Positions 18,241 through 27,781 of a stretch of 29,417 bases of DNA are shown in pieces (within the stretch, counting starts at the first letter, position 1; the number at the start of each line of letters is the position of its first letter). The notes beneath the pieces are model-generated. The model had not been told where the DNA came from. It saw only the letters and a list, made by a program, of their open reading frames with translations, and did not search any database. A program made the translations under genes and the position numbers. The stretch comes from a candidate division WOR-3 bacterium (lineage in GTDB: Bacteria; Hydrothermota; Tepidihabitantia; Tepidihabitantales; Tepidihabitantaceae): NCBI GenBank assembly GCA_037441285.1, contig JBBISL010000023.1, forward strand, positions 1 through 29,417. Direction: 5' to 3'.

Positions 18241-19566
18241 GTGCGCCGTTTCCATCATCGGGCACTCCTATTATTTAGCATCTTTCTTGTGTCGTTCTGT
18301 GGCCAGTTCAAAACCCTTTCCCGTGCCGACCTCCTCAACCCCGAAGAAAAACTGGAATACCTGATCCTGAAAGCCCTTGATTCTGATGCGGCAAAAGAGT
18401 ATCTCACCCTCGCCTCTTCCCCGAGCCGAGCTGATTACCGGAACTGGTTCTGGCAAAACCGCTCCGCGGCAGACCACGCAATCTACCTCGCCCGGGCAAA
18501 TAAGGCTAAAGAACTGTTTGGTTCGGTTGACCTGCTCAACGACGAACGGGTTATCACCTATATCCGCTACGGTGCACCGCGGCGCGAAGAGTACACCCCA
18601 AAGCCTTTAACCACCGACACCGGTACAATATTTGTCAATCCGGCAGAAATCTGGACTTACGATTCACTGGGCATTCAAATCGACTTCGTGAAAACCGGCA
18701 CCGGTTTCCATCAGGTCGGACTGTCCCGCTTTGGTAAAAACTGGTTTCCGCCCGCGCTGGAACCGGTTGATTATGGCAAACCGCCGCCACCACCACCTGA
18801 CTATCGTTCCCTTAATTTTGCCCTCGCGCTTTACCGGCTCAGTCAGCACAACGACTCGGTTCTGGTTGAAATCCATTACGGGATTGCCCGTAACGACCCG
18901 GCTTTGGTTTTGGGCAAACAAAACCTACTCTACATTGAATTGAAACTAAACTCGCGGCGCTACTCTACCGTTAGCAAAGGCTGGTTTGGCTGTACCCCGG
19001 ACTCGCAAGTATCATTTGTCGTGGGCCGCCAGACGCTCATCTTACCCGTTGACATCTACTCGGTAACCGCCACCGCCACAACCCTTGACGGTAAAAACCG
19101 GGCAGAAATCAACAAGGAACTCAACCTCATCGACTATGTCCGGCGCACCCAACCCTGTTCTGACATCATCTTTTACACACTGGTTGACTCAACCTTTCAG
19201 AGCCCCCAGTTCGAACGCGCTGACTGGCGCCGGGTCGTGCCGCTCGTGCCGCCCGAAGTTCAAACCGGCAGTACCTGCTACCTGCTTTACGAAATTTATA
19301 ACCTAACCGTTGATTCGCTCAACCAGCATCGGATTGAGGCAACCTATGAAATTATGGACCTCGCGACGAAACAGGCGGTGGTCATCCCGACGCCAACCCG
19401 TTTTATTGCCGGCACCGGCACAACCGGCGTCGCGGTTGAACGGCTGCACACGATGGACTTGAAGCCCGGTGAGTACCTCATCATCGCCCGGGTCCGGGAC
19501 TTAAACAGTAATAAAACCGTATCCCTTACCGCCCGCATCCGGTTAAAACCAGACCGCACGCACTAA
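18241..19566 (+). CDS. Exported GWxTD-domain-like protein
   Basis: Signal/lipoprotein-like N-terminus; WFWQNR..DERVITYIRYGAP..EIWTY..IDFV pattern, followed by Ig-like domains (LLYEIYNL, LKPGEY). Confidence 0.65.
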   Translation: MRRFHHRALLLFSIFLVSFCGQFKTLSRADLLNPEEKLEYLILKALDSDAAKEYLTLASSPSRADYRNWFWQNRSAADHAIYLARANKAKELFGSVDLLNDERVITYIRYGAPRREEYTPKPLTTDTGTIFVNPAEIWTYDSLGIQIDFVKTGTGFHQVGLSRFGKNWFPPALEPVDYGKPPPPPPDYRSLNFALALYRLSQHNDSVLVEIHYGIARNDPALVLGKQNLLYIELKLNSRRYSTVSKGWFGCTPDSQVSFVVGRQTLILPVDIYSVTATATTLDGKNRAEINKELNLIDYVRRTQPCSDIIFYTLVDSTFQSPQFERADWRRVVPLVPPEVQTGSTCYLLYEIYNLTVDSLNQHRIEATYEIMDLATKQAVVIPTPTRFIAGTGTTGVAVERLHTMDLKPGEYLIIARVRDLNSNKTVSLTARIRLKPDRTH

Positions 19567-20055
19567 ACACAAAAGATAAATTAGCCCCATCAAAACCCAG
19601 GTGGGCAAATCACTTAACGCCCGGTGCCGGTCAAACCTGACCGATTTGGGCTCAAGACCGCTTTGCTGCAGTGCCTGTTTTTCCGCCCGGTCAATCAAAC
19701 CGTACTCAATCAGAAACCCCAGGACCACGCCCAGCGCCAATCTCAAGTCCGGTTTAAGGCAGATAAGTACCGCCAGAACGAGAAGAAAGTTGCCGGCATA
19801 AATCGGGTGGGAAAAGATGCGATAGGGTCCACTTTTGACCACCTCCTCGACGCCGACGGTTCGGACTCGTGCTGCCGCACCGATATGACCCATCGCCCAG
19901 AACCGCAAAATCAAACCGGCAAAAATGAGAGGTAACCCGGTCAGACACGACTTTATCGTGGGCTTTCCGAAAAGGTAGACTACGGCGAATGCTAAAAACC
20001 CGATAACGCCCCGCCAGCGAAAAAGGAACCGCCCAATCGCCACCGCAATTGTCAC
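19543..20055 (-). CDS. Isoprenylcysteine carboxylmethyltransferase/PEMT-family membrane methyltransferase
   Basis: LFRWRG, LRFWAMGHI, VVKSGPYRIFSHPIYAGN, AEK; several hydrophobic helices. Confidence 0.85.
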   Translation of the reverse strand: MTIAVAIGRFLFRWRGVIGFLAFAVVYLFGKPTIKSCLTGLPLIFAGLILRFWAMGHIGAAARVRTVGVEEVVKSGPYRIFSHPIYAGNFLLVLAVLICLKPDLRLALGVVLGFLIEYGLIDRAEKQALQQSGLEPKSVRFDRHRALSDLPTWVLMGLIYLLCLVRAVWF

Positions 20056-20104
20056 GGTTATATCCCGGAACTTTAGTTTACAACCCTTATTAAAATGGGC
20101 GGTC

Positions 20105-20464
20105 TCAAACGAGCAGGTTCTCCAGTCTCATTATTGACCAGAGCGGAACCCGATTGGGGCATTCAAGGTCCTTGCATTCAGGTGGAGGCTCGGGCGCCGG
20201 CAAATCTTTATAAGGAACCGGTGGCACTTCAACCGGCGGAAAATTCATCCCTTCAACCATCGCACCAGAAAGAAATCCAACCACTCGCCCCATCCGGTCC
20301 CAGACAACATTATCAAAGAAGAAACCGCGATGGCGCCCCTGGGTATCGTAAAGCGTCTTGCCAATAAGAAATCCCCGGGGCTTGCCTAAAAAGTCGTAGA
20401 CAACCGTGCCACAAATTCGATAGACCGCTTTACCGAAACGATTAAAAACCACTTTCTCGTGCAT
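20105..20464 (-). CDS. Small beta-repeat protein (4-fold beta-flower-like)
   Basis: Four 15-aa repeats (VFNRFGKAV, VYDFLGKPR, LYDTQGRHR, VWDRMGRVV) and a Pro-rich tail. ATG 20464 follows GGAGG. Confidence 0.65.
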   Translation of the reverse strand: MHEKVVFNRFGKAVYRICGTVVYDFLGKPRGFLIGKTLYDTQGRHRGFFFDNVVWDRMGRVVGFLSGAMVEGMNFPPVEVPPVPYKDLPAPEPPPECKDLECPNRVPLWSIMRLENLLV

Positions 20465-20537
20465 TATTCCTCCCAAAATTAAATTTCGTGTTAAAGTATT
20501 GCGAACTCATTTCCGCTGTCAAGAAAATCACCACCCG

Positions 20538-21062
20538 CTATCTCTTCCCCGCAGTTTTTTCTTTACACCGACACTCTTCAAAATTCAAATTGGCACCGCA
20601 TCCCGGGCAGATACCCCGACAGTCAGTTCGACACCGTGGCGCAATCGGTATCGCCAGATGAAGCGTATCCCGGATTAAACTGCTCAAATCGATAAAATCG
20701 GCGTCGATTGGCACCCGGTCAAGTTCCACCGGCTCCAGTTCCCGGGCATAACTCCCGGACCGACTGCGCTCCAGACTGGTAAACTCCGCAGTTATCTCCT
20801 CGGTAAACTCCTGTTCGTACTCCTGCCAGCAGATGGCGCACTCCAATCGCGCCTTAAACCGCATCCAGCCCCGCACTAAAAACCGCTGGCCGCTCCGGGT
20901 TATGTTAACCCCGACCTTGATTCTGCCGGTAAGTTTCTGAAACGAAGGATTCTCCTTCACTTCCTGAAACTCACAGCCAAAATCGCGCGGTTCTCCTTCC
21001 AGTTCAAACTTATTGTCCCCGGGCTTCAGGGTTGCAAGCGCAATCACCCCTAACTTCCGCAT
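20538..21062 (-). CDS. DUF177/YceD family protein
   Basis: LECAIC..IDLSSLIRD..PIAPRCRTDCRGICPGCGANLN..CRC. ATG 21062 follows GAGGT. Confidence 0.9.
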   Translation of the reverse strand: MRKLGVIALATLKPGDNKFELEGEPRDFGCEFQEVKENPSFQKLTGRIKVGVNITRSGQRFLVRGWMRFKARLECAICWQEYEQEFTEEITAEFTSLERSRSGSYARELEPVELDRVPIDADFIDLSSLIRDTLHLAIPIAPRCRTDCRGICPGCGANLNFEECRCKEKTAGKR

Positions 21063-21067
21063 CGTTT

Positions 21068-22072
21068 TTACCTCGGACATTCTACCAGCAACCGTTCAAT
21101 CACATCCTCGGACCGGACACTTTCTGCTTCAGCCGCAAAACTGGTAACAATCCGGTGCCGCAATACCGGGAGGGCGCACGCCTTGACATCGTCAACAGTA
21201 GGGGTATATCGCCCGGCGAGCATCGCTCGAGTCTTTGCCGCCAGAACCAGATACTGTGATGCCCTTGGTCCGGCACCCCAGCTCACCCACTCCCGCACAA
21301 ATTTGGGTGCCTGGGGATGTTTAGGCCGACTCAGCGCCACCAGCCGCACCGCATACTCCACCACCTCATCTGCCACCGGTACCCGCCGCACCAGTTCCTG
21401 CAGAGCCGTGATTTCTGCCGCGGAAAGTACCCTTGTCAGCGTCGGAGTGTATGCTGAAGTCGTGCTTTTTACAATCTCCTTCTCCTCCTCGGCGCTGGGA
21501 TAATCAACCACCACCGAAAACATAAATCGGTCCAGTTGCGCCTCAGGCAAAGGGTAGGTACCTTCAAGTTCAATTGGATTCTGCGTTGCCAGAACGAAAA
21601 ATGGCGCCGGCAACTGGTAAGTCTGTCCTGCCACTGTGACCCGGTACTCCTGCATCGCTTGCAGCAGCGCCGCCTGAGTCTTCGGTGGGGTTCGGTTAAT
21701 CTCATCCGCCAGCACAACATTGGCAAATATGGGCCCGGGCACAAACCGAAACCGCCTCATTTTGGTCTCGGGGTCATCCTCAATAATCTCGGTACCAGTG
21801 ATGTCCGATGGCATCAAATCGGGCGTGAACTGAACCCGGTTAAAAGAAAGGTCTAAAACCTGTGCCAGGGTGTTTACGAGCAGCGTCTTTGCCAGACCCG
21901 GAACCCCGATTAAAAGGGCATGGCCATGGGCAAGCAAGCAAACCAGCACCTGCTCCACCACCTCTTTCTGCCCGATAATGACCTTCGCCACCTCGGCTTC
22001 AATGCGCCGCCGCGCCTCACCAAGCCGGGCTACCGCCGCAACATCACTCCCGCCCTCTTGATTTATTGCCAC
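21068..22072 (-). CDS. MoxR family AAA+ ATPase
   Basis: [60 protein letters not shown]. Confidence 0.95.
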   Translation of the reverse strand: MAINQEGGSDVAAVARLGEARRRIEAEVAKVIIGQKEVVEQVLVCLLAHGHALLIGVPGLAKTLLVNTLAQVLDLSFNRVQFTPDLMPSDITGTEIIEDDPETKMRRFRFVPGPIFANVVLADEINRTPPKTQAALLQAMQEYRVTVAGQTYQLPAPFFVLATQNPIELEGTYPLPEAQLDRFMFSVVVDYPSAEEEKEIVKSTTSAYTPTLTRVLSAAEITALQELVRRVPVADEVVEYAVRLVALSRPKHPQAPKFVREWVSWGAGPRASQYLVLAAKTRAMLAGRYTPTVDDVKACALPVLRHRIVTSFAAEAESVRSEDVIERLLVECPR

Positions 22073-22116
22073 AATTGACCGTCCTTGTGAAAAGACCTCT
22101 TTATTGTAACCCGATG

Positions 22117-23214
22117 CTACTTTTCTCGCTTCATGAGTTTATTCAACACCTGAGGCAGAGTTGTATACTCCATCTCTTTTAGACCCAGCCGGTGCGGTTC
22201 AAACGGTCCGTGCCGGCGCATATAGTCTGCCAGTTCGTTTGCTTCCTGTCTTGCCCGGTCAAACCCCGGGTCATCAAACATATCCCGCGGTCCAACCAAA
22301 TGGCCATTATCCAGCTGAAAGCCGAGCGCAATGACCCGGGGCGGACCATCAAACCTTGACGGTGTTGCCTGATCTTGCGCCACCGGCATCAATGGACCGT
22401 AATGCGAACCCCGCATCCAGCCTGATACCAGATGGGGAAAGACAAACGCCTCCAGTACCTCACCCACCGCCGGAAAGCCCGACTGACAGCGCACCATCAT
22501 CACCGGGTCGTCTTTGCCCACATATTTGCCGGCAATTAACGCCAGCTTCTGGGTCGAACTGGTCGCGGCAATCTCGCCGTCCTTTCGGTAAACATTCTTC
22601 ACACAATAATTCTCCGGTGACCCAATCAAGACCAAAAGGTCGTACATCTCCTCCGGACAGGAGAGCTTCATATCCTTCCCCTCAAAAACATCGTGCACCT
22701 CAAAGACAAACCCATCGTGCATTGAAGGGTCGATAACCAGACCGATGGTGTTGAACGGGTCGGCAAAAATCTTGAACAGTGGCAGATTCCAGGCACCGGG
22801 CGCACACTTGTCGCCGCAGAACACAATCAGCGGTTCGGACTTGCGCTCGACAAAACTCATCTCGGCAACGCCCGGTCCCATCCCTTTGACATTGCCGGAA
22901 AACGCATCCGCCAGCATATCCTGACCGGCGCCGTAAAGCTTTAACTCCTGCGCCCGGTGGGTACACTCCATAAATGTATCCCACGCCAGTTTATGAACAT
23001 CGGCACAGTCATTGCCTCGGGTATGCGTCATAATCAGTTCGAGGTCATCGCCACAACTCGTTACATAAAAATCAATCAAAAGCCCATTGCTCTTGGCACG
23101 GTTGAGCATCTCCCGGGCACGGGCAATGATGTCCGGATGACTTGCCGAATGACCAACATAACCGCCGATATCGGCTTTGATTACCGATACGGTTATTTTA
23201 TCGTTTTTACCCAC
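22117..23214 (-). CDS. fbp: Fructose-1,6-bisphosphate aldolase/phosphatase (class V FBPase)
   Basis: [68 protein letters not shown] start with AGGAGG RBS. Confidence 0.95.
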   Translation of the reverse strand: MGKNDKITVSVIKADIGGYVGHSASHPDIIARAREMLNRAKSNGLLIDFYVTSCGDDLELIMTHTRGNDCADVHKLAWDTFMECTHRAQELKLYGAGQDMLADAFSGNVKGMGPGVAEMSFVERKSEPLIVFCGDKCAPGAWNLPLFKIFADPFNTIGLVIDPSMHDGFVFEVHDVFEGKDMKLSCPEEMYDLLVLIGSPENYCVKNVYRKDGEIAATSSTQKLALIAGKYVGKDDPVMMVRCQSGFPAVGEVLEAFVFPHLVSGWMRGSHYGPLMPVAQDQATPSRFDGPPRVIALGFQLDNGHLVGPRDMFDDPGFDRARQEANELADYMRRHGPFEPHRLGLKEMEYTTLPQVLNKLMKREK

Positions 23215-23288
23215 ATTTTCCTCCTTTTAAAATTTTGCCATTGTCTTGTCCGGTGAACAACTCTACTGAGTAACACCATTTAAATTAA

Positions 23289-23316
23289 ATTATAATTCAT
23301 TGCCCTTAACGGTCAA
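23289..23316 (-). promoter_or_regulatory. Promoter TTGACC-16-TATAAT for fbp
   Basis: Reverse complements of ggtcaa (23311-23316) and attata (23289-23294). Confidence 0.65.
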
Positions 23317-23338
23317 GATAAACAGGAGAAACGCAAAC

Positions 23339-24391
23339 TCAGCAGTTCAACACAGTGCGCGCAATCTGCGCCATTGCCCCGGGTGGACCCAGTAACTTCT
23401 TTACCCGTGCCAATTTGAGTATCATTTTTGCCCGATACTCCTCATCTCCTAAGAGTCGTTTAACAACTTTATTGAGCCGCGCCCCATCCGGTTCAAACAG
23501 TTCGGGCACCGCCCGCTCTTTTAACACGAGATTGGGAATTGAAAAGTAGTCAAGGTGCACGAACATCCGGGCAAAAAAACGGCTGGGCTGGTCAAAATGG
23601 TAGCAGACCACCATTGGTATTCCGAGAATCGCGGTCTCTGCCGTTGCCGTGCCCGAAACCACGACCGCGGCTCGGGCATAGCGTATTATCTCGTACCGGT
23701 TCTCGGGCGAAACCCGCACCATTCCCGCAGGTAAGCGCGTCTCCTCCCCACCGATAATCACTCCCCTCAATGTCGGGTCGCGGCGCTGTAACTGACCGAA
23801 AATTTTTATAAAGAGTGGTTGATGGAACCTGATTTCACCTGTTCGGGAGCCGGGCAAAAAAGCAATGTACTTGGTTTTTTCCGAAAAACCCAGCAGCGCC
23901 AAGGTTTCGGACTCAGACCGCCGTGCCGCCACCGCGTCAAGCAATGGAAAGCCAAAATAATGGGCGTTCAACCTTGCCCGGTGGTAAATTTCCTTTTCAA
24001 AAGCAAAGAGACAGATAAATTTATCGGCGCCGTCGCGCAATATCTTTACACGGAACTTGCCCCAGGCCCAGAACTGAGGTGGTGCCAGATAGATTACCCT
24101 TATGCCCTGTTTTCGCACCATTCGGCTCAAAATAATATTAACCCCGGGAAATGAGATGGGAACGAACACATCAGGACCGAACTGTTTTATTACCCTTGAC
24201 GCCGTCGTTAAAACTTTTGCCAGCCGGCTTATTTGTGTTACCCCTTCCCAGAACCCCATTGTACTGCCCAGCGTACGGGAGATGTCAAATATCGTTACTT
24301 GTGTTTGTGGGTCCAACCTTTTGAGTTCCGCCTGCAGCAACTCGGCAAGGATAAAACCGGATTTTTCACCCGCGGCAATCAGAACTTTCAC
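23339..24391 (-). CDS. lpxB: Lipid-A-disaccharide synthase (LpxB)-like GT19 protein, divergent
   Basis: IAAGEKSG, PPQFWAWG, FLPGSR, SGTATAE, SIPNL. Start uncertain; GTG 24391 chosen from homology length. Confidence 0.8.
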   Translation of the reverse strand: MKVLIAAGEKSGFILAELLQAELKRLDPQTQVTIFDISRTLGSTMGFWEGVTQISRLAKVLTTASRVIKQFGPDVFVPISFPGVNIILSRMVRKQGIRVIYLAPPQFWAWGKFRVKILRDGADKFICLFAFEKEIYHRARLNAHYFGFPLLDAVAARRSESETLALLGFSEKTKYIAFLPGSRTGEIRFHQPLFIKIFGQLQRRDPTLRGVIIGGEETRLPAGMVRVSPENRYEIIRYARAAVVVSGTATAETAILGIPMVVCYHFDQPSRFFARMFVHLDYFSIPNLVLKERAVPELFEPDGARLNKVVKRLLGDEEYRAKMILKLARVKKLLGPPGAMAQIARTVLNC

Positions 24392-24456
24392 CGTCAGCAA
24401 GGTTACCCCTGGGCTTAATTTTGTCAAATTCCTCCCGTTCTCGCAAAACGGTTTTG

Positions 24457-24489
24457 TTGACATCGCCTTTTACTCCTTTATGCTAATTT
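24457..24489 (+). promoter_or_regulatory. Promoter for speB (TTGACA-16-TATGCT; alternative extended -10 TGcTAATTT)
   Basis: Hexamers lie immediately upstream of ATG 24496, which has no SD. Confidence 0.55.
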
Positions 24490-24495
24490 GCCTTT

Positions 24496-25323
24496 ATGGC
24501 GTCATACTTTGCCAATTCTGAATTTGCCGATGCCCAGGTGGTAGTCACCGGCATTCCGCTGGACCGCACCAGTTCCTTTATCCCCGGCACCAGGTTTGGT
24601 CCAGAAATTGGAAGACTGGGTACCGCCAATATCGAATCGTTCAGCCCCTATCAAAAACGGGACCTTTTACAGTACCGGGTCTACGATGCCGGCGACATTT
24701 TTCTGACCTACGAAACACCGGATGCACCATTTGCCCTCATAAAGTCAACCACCCAGAAATGTTACCAGGAGAAAAAAGTTCAGCTCGCGGTGGGCGGCGA
24801 ACACACCATCACGCCGGTCATTCTCTCCGAACTGGTAAAGATTTATCCGGACCTGTGCGTAATCCAGTTCGACGCCCACGCCGACCTGCGCGAAGAGTTT
24901 CTGGGCGAACGCCTCTGTCACGCCACCGCAATGCGACGGGTTTTGGACTTATTGCCCCGTACCCACTTATTTCAGCTCGGCATCCGCTCGTTCGTTTTAC
25001 CAGAAGAGATGACACTCCCCAATATGTTCCCGTTTGAAACCCTGACCCCGAGTCAGGAAGTTCGCCGCACCATCGGGCACAAACCGGTTTACATTACCCT
25101 TGACATCGATGTCCTGGACCCGAGTATTATGCCCGATGTTCAAACCCCCCAGCCCGGCGGTTGTTCTTACCGCGAACTCGCACAGTCCCTTGCCAGTTTT
25201 GCCGGCATGCGCATCATTGGCGCTGACATCGTTGAGTATTGCCCGCGCAGTAGTGCGGTACCGGCAACCGCACCAGTTGTTGCCGAACTTATCCGAGAAC
25301 TTATCCTGTTACTCTCTTATTAA
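24496..25323 (+). CDS. speB: Agmatinase (arginase/ureohydrolase family)
   Basis: PGTRFGP, GGEHTIT, FDAHADLR, LGIRS, TLDIDVLDP, DIVEYCP. Confidence 0.85.
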   Translation: MASYFANSEFADAQVVVTGIPLDRTSSFIPGTRFGPEIGRLGTANIESFSPYQKRDLLQYRVYDAGDIFLTYETPDAPFALIKSTTQKCYQEKKVQLAVGGEHTITPVILSELVKIYPDLCVIQFDAHADLREEFLGERLCHATAMRRVLDLLPRTHLFQLGIRSFVLPEEMTLPNMFPFETLTPSQEVRRTIGHKPVYITLDIDVLDPSIMPDVQTPQPGGCSYRELAQSLASFAGMRIIGADIVEYCPRSSAVPATAPVVAELIRELILLLSY

Positions 25324-25338
25324 AGGAGGATTGACGGT

Positions 25339-25506
25339 ATGTGTTGTCGTGCCTGTCCCGGTTACGAAATCTGCCGGAATAAAGGCAAAACGAGCGACGA
25401 CGACTGCTGCACCCAGTGCCCCTATTTTGACTCCTGTATGGAAGATTCCGGAGTCCAGGAGAATAAGTCGCGTCGCCCGGCTTCCCGCCGAACAACAAAA
25501 GGGTAA
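25339..25506 (+). CDS. 55-aa cysteine-rich small protein with two CCxxCx5C motifs
   Basis: AAAGGAGGA RBS 8 nt upstream. Translation MCCRACPGYEICRNKGKTSDDDCCTQCPYFDSCMEDSGVQENKSRRPASRRTTKG*. Fills the gap between speB and the convergent gene. Confidence 0.8.
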   Translation: MCCRACPGYEICRNKGKTSDDDCCTQCPYFDSCMEDSGVQENKSRRPASRRTTKG

Positions 25507-25509
25507 TTT

Positions 25510-27639
25510 CTAATTCCCACCGGGAACAACCAACGCTACCTTTTCCACCCGAACTTTTCCTCCTGCGGTTGCGACCAAAAGGTAAAGGCCGCTGGCAACA
25601 CGCCTTGGATACCATACCGCCCTTCCCATTCCTGGACTGATTGTCAAATCAGCAACTGGATTGCCGCTAATGGAATAAACCTGAACGCGTGCATCAGCCG
25701 GCAAACCGTCAACAACCACCCCTTGATGGACTCCGAGTATACAGGGGTTGGGGTAAATTTTCAAACCAACCAGCGTCGTCTCTAACTCCGGGGCATAACT
25801 GAAATTCGAAATACCCCGGGCACTACCCACGGCCGCATTACGGCGACTGTCGTCAAGTTCAAGGGCGGTATTAAAGTTTGCCAACCCCTGGGGATTAGGA
25901 ATCATTCCACTATTCTGGGAAGAATAGTTTGTCCAGCGGCTTGAAGCAGCATCAAAAATCGAAAGACCCTGGTCCGATAGAAACCATACCCGCCCCGCAC
26001 CATCAACCCGGACCCGGGAAAGGTTGTTAGAGAGCAGCGGGCTGTTACCGGTGTTGAAAACCTTAAATCCACTACCATCCCAGACCGCGCCACCCTGCGG
26101 TGTCGCAACCCAGACCCGGTCCTGATTGTCCACGGCAATTGAACGCACCTGGAGCGAAGGCAAACCCGAAGTGTGGAGGGTGTGAAAGTCGTCCTCAGGG
26201 TTAAAAAGCGTCCCGTTGTAATCCAGCTCTTCAAGCCCATTGGTTAACCCAAGCCAGACCCGATTCCGGGAGTCAAAGGCAAACTCATAAGAACCGTCGG
26301 GCGGAGGTGTTAACTCGGGCAAATTAAACTCCTGCTGGCGCCCGGCAGAATCAATTGCCACAACCAGTCCTCCCATATTGTAAACCCACTTCGTGTCCTG
26401 GCGGTCAAGACCAAACGCCTGAATGACATTGCGGGCACTGGAACTACCCCATTGAACAACTCCCCAGGTGTCTGCCTCCGGGTCGTAAACACTCACTCCG
26501 CCCTGATAGGAAAAGTGCGAAAACCACAATCTTCCCCGACTGTCACACCGAATTTGCACCACCCAGGGCAAAGGAGAACTGATAATCTGAATCCCGCCAT
26601 CCGGTAGAATCCGGGAAAACCAGCTCGAATTGTGTCCTAAATACACGCTACCGTCCTTACCGAATGTACCGTCGCTGATAAAGCCTGAAGCAAGCCCGCC
26701 CAGATAAACACCCTGCCACGATGAACCGCTCTTGAGATACCATAGCCCCCAACCCGCATCCTCAGAACCACCTAACCCGACCCACAACTTTTCTCCAATC
26801 CACAGCACCCTTGGCTTACTGACCAGCACCGATAGCGCACCCCCGGCAGAATCGACTTTGAACAGAGTATCACCCGCCGCCAGATATATATCCCAACCAT
26901 AAACCGCGATATCGGTTACGGTCCGTGCCGAAGGAAATTGTAACAAAGGAGTAAACCCGCTGGTATCACTTACCGCCACACCCGCTTCTGTTCCCAGAAC
27001 TACTCTGCCATCCGGGAAATTTCCGATTGCCAGCACCGAATCGCCCAATGGTTGCGGATAGGCACGCCAATTACTTAAACCGGTATCAACACTGGTAAGC
27101 CCGCGATTGGTTCCAACCCAGTATTTTCCATTAAAAGCAAATAGGGCAAGGACCCGGTCACTCAACAGTTCACGAATCGTACTGACGCGATAATGGCGGA
27201 TTACATCGTCGGTGAAATCAAGCGGTGTGCCTTTGGTGTCGATAACAAAAAGCCCATCTTCAGTACCCACTAAAACTTTTTTGCTTTCAACCGTGACCGT
27301 ACGCACTCTTATTGGCAGTTCTGCGGTTCGATACGGCAACGCCCGATTGGAATCCAGTGGAATCACCACTAACCCCGCCCCATCGGTCCCAACCCAGAGA
27401 TTACCGGCATCGTCTTTAGTAATAGCAAGACAACGGTTTACCCCCAGCCCATCGGTGTGAACAAACCGGCGTTTAACAAACGGGGGCTCGACCCGTGTTT
27501 CTAACACCACCACCCCGCCGGCTGTAGCAAGATTAACTGTCGAATCGTCGCCCCAGATATCAAAGATATAATCAGGATGAGTAAAAGTCTGCCAGCCGCT
27601 AATGTTACTAAAAATAAGAAATGCCAAAGCGAATATCAT
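25510..27639 (-). CDS. PorZ-like double beta-propeller (Reg_prop repeats) with T9SS-type C-terminal domain
   Basis: Signal peptide, WQTFT, repeated D..G.LWVGT..GL blades, IYPNP..VYSISG.PV..SGLY tail. Confidence 0.75.
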   Translation of the reverse strand: MIFALAFLIFSNISGWQTFTHPDYIFDIWGDDSTVNLATAGGVVVLETRVEPPFVKRRFVHTDGLGVNRCLAITKDDAGNLWVGTDGAGLVVIPLDSNRALPYRTAELPIRVRTVTVESKKVLVGTEDGLFVIDTKGTPLDFTDDVIRHYRVSTIRELLSDRVLALFAFNGKYWVGTNRGLTSVDTGLSNWRAYPQPLGDSVLAIGNFPDGRVVLGTEAGVAVSDTSGFTPLLQFPSARTVTDIAVYGWDIYLAAGDTLFKVDSAGGALSVLVSKPRVLWIGEKLWVGLGGSEDAGWGLWYLKSGSSWQGVYLGGLASGFISDGTFGKDGSVYLGHNSSWFSRILPDGGIQIISSPLPWVVQIRCDSRGRLWFSHFSYQGGVSVYDPEADTWGVVQWGSSSARNVIQAFGLDRQDTKWVYNMGGLVVAIDSAGRQQEFNLPELTPPPDGSYEFAFDSRNRVWLGLTNGLEELDYNGTLFNPEDDFHTLHTSGLPSLQVRSIAVDNQDRVWVATPQGGAVWDGSGFKVFNTGNSPLLSNNLSRVRVDGAGRVWFLSDQGLSIFDAASSRWTNYSSQNSGMIPNPQGLANFNTALELDDSRRNAAVGSARGISNFSYAPELETTLVGLKIYPNPCILGVHQGVVVDGLPADARVQVYSISGNPVADLTISPGMGRAVWYPRRVASGLYLLVATAGGKVRVEKVALVVPGGN

Positions 27640-27653
27640 AAAATGATAGTTTG

Positions 27654-27681
27654 ATAATATATTACCTTCAGATTAAGTCAA
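27654..27681 (-). promoter_or_regulatory. Promoter TTGACT-16-TATTAT
   Basis: Reverse complements of agtcaa (27676-27681) and ataata (27654-27659). Confidence 0.5.
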
Positions 27682-27781
27682 TACATTAAACTGCCTAGCC
27701 GACCAAATCCTGAAACAAAGAATGCTTGAAACCGCCCGCCGATTGGAACCAATAGAACTTTATTGGGCAAACTATTTGAGA

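Noticed and set aside
24496..25323. Formiminoglutamase HutG assignment because hutU is nearby
   Set aside because: N-terminal motifs (D.TSSF.PGTRFGP, IESFSPY) fit agmatinase, and the gene is 6 kb from hutU in a separate transcription unit.
25100..25615. Track ORFs 25100..25513 (+) and 25301..25615 (-)
   Set aside because: They overlap speB or the PorZ-like gene out of frame. The 55-aa Cys-rich ORF with a strong SD explains the interval better.
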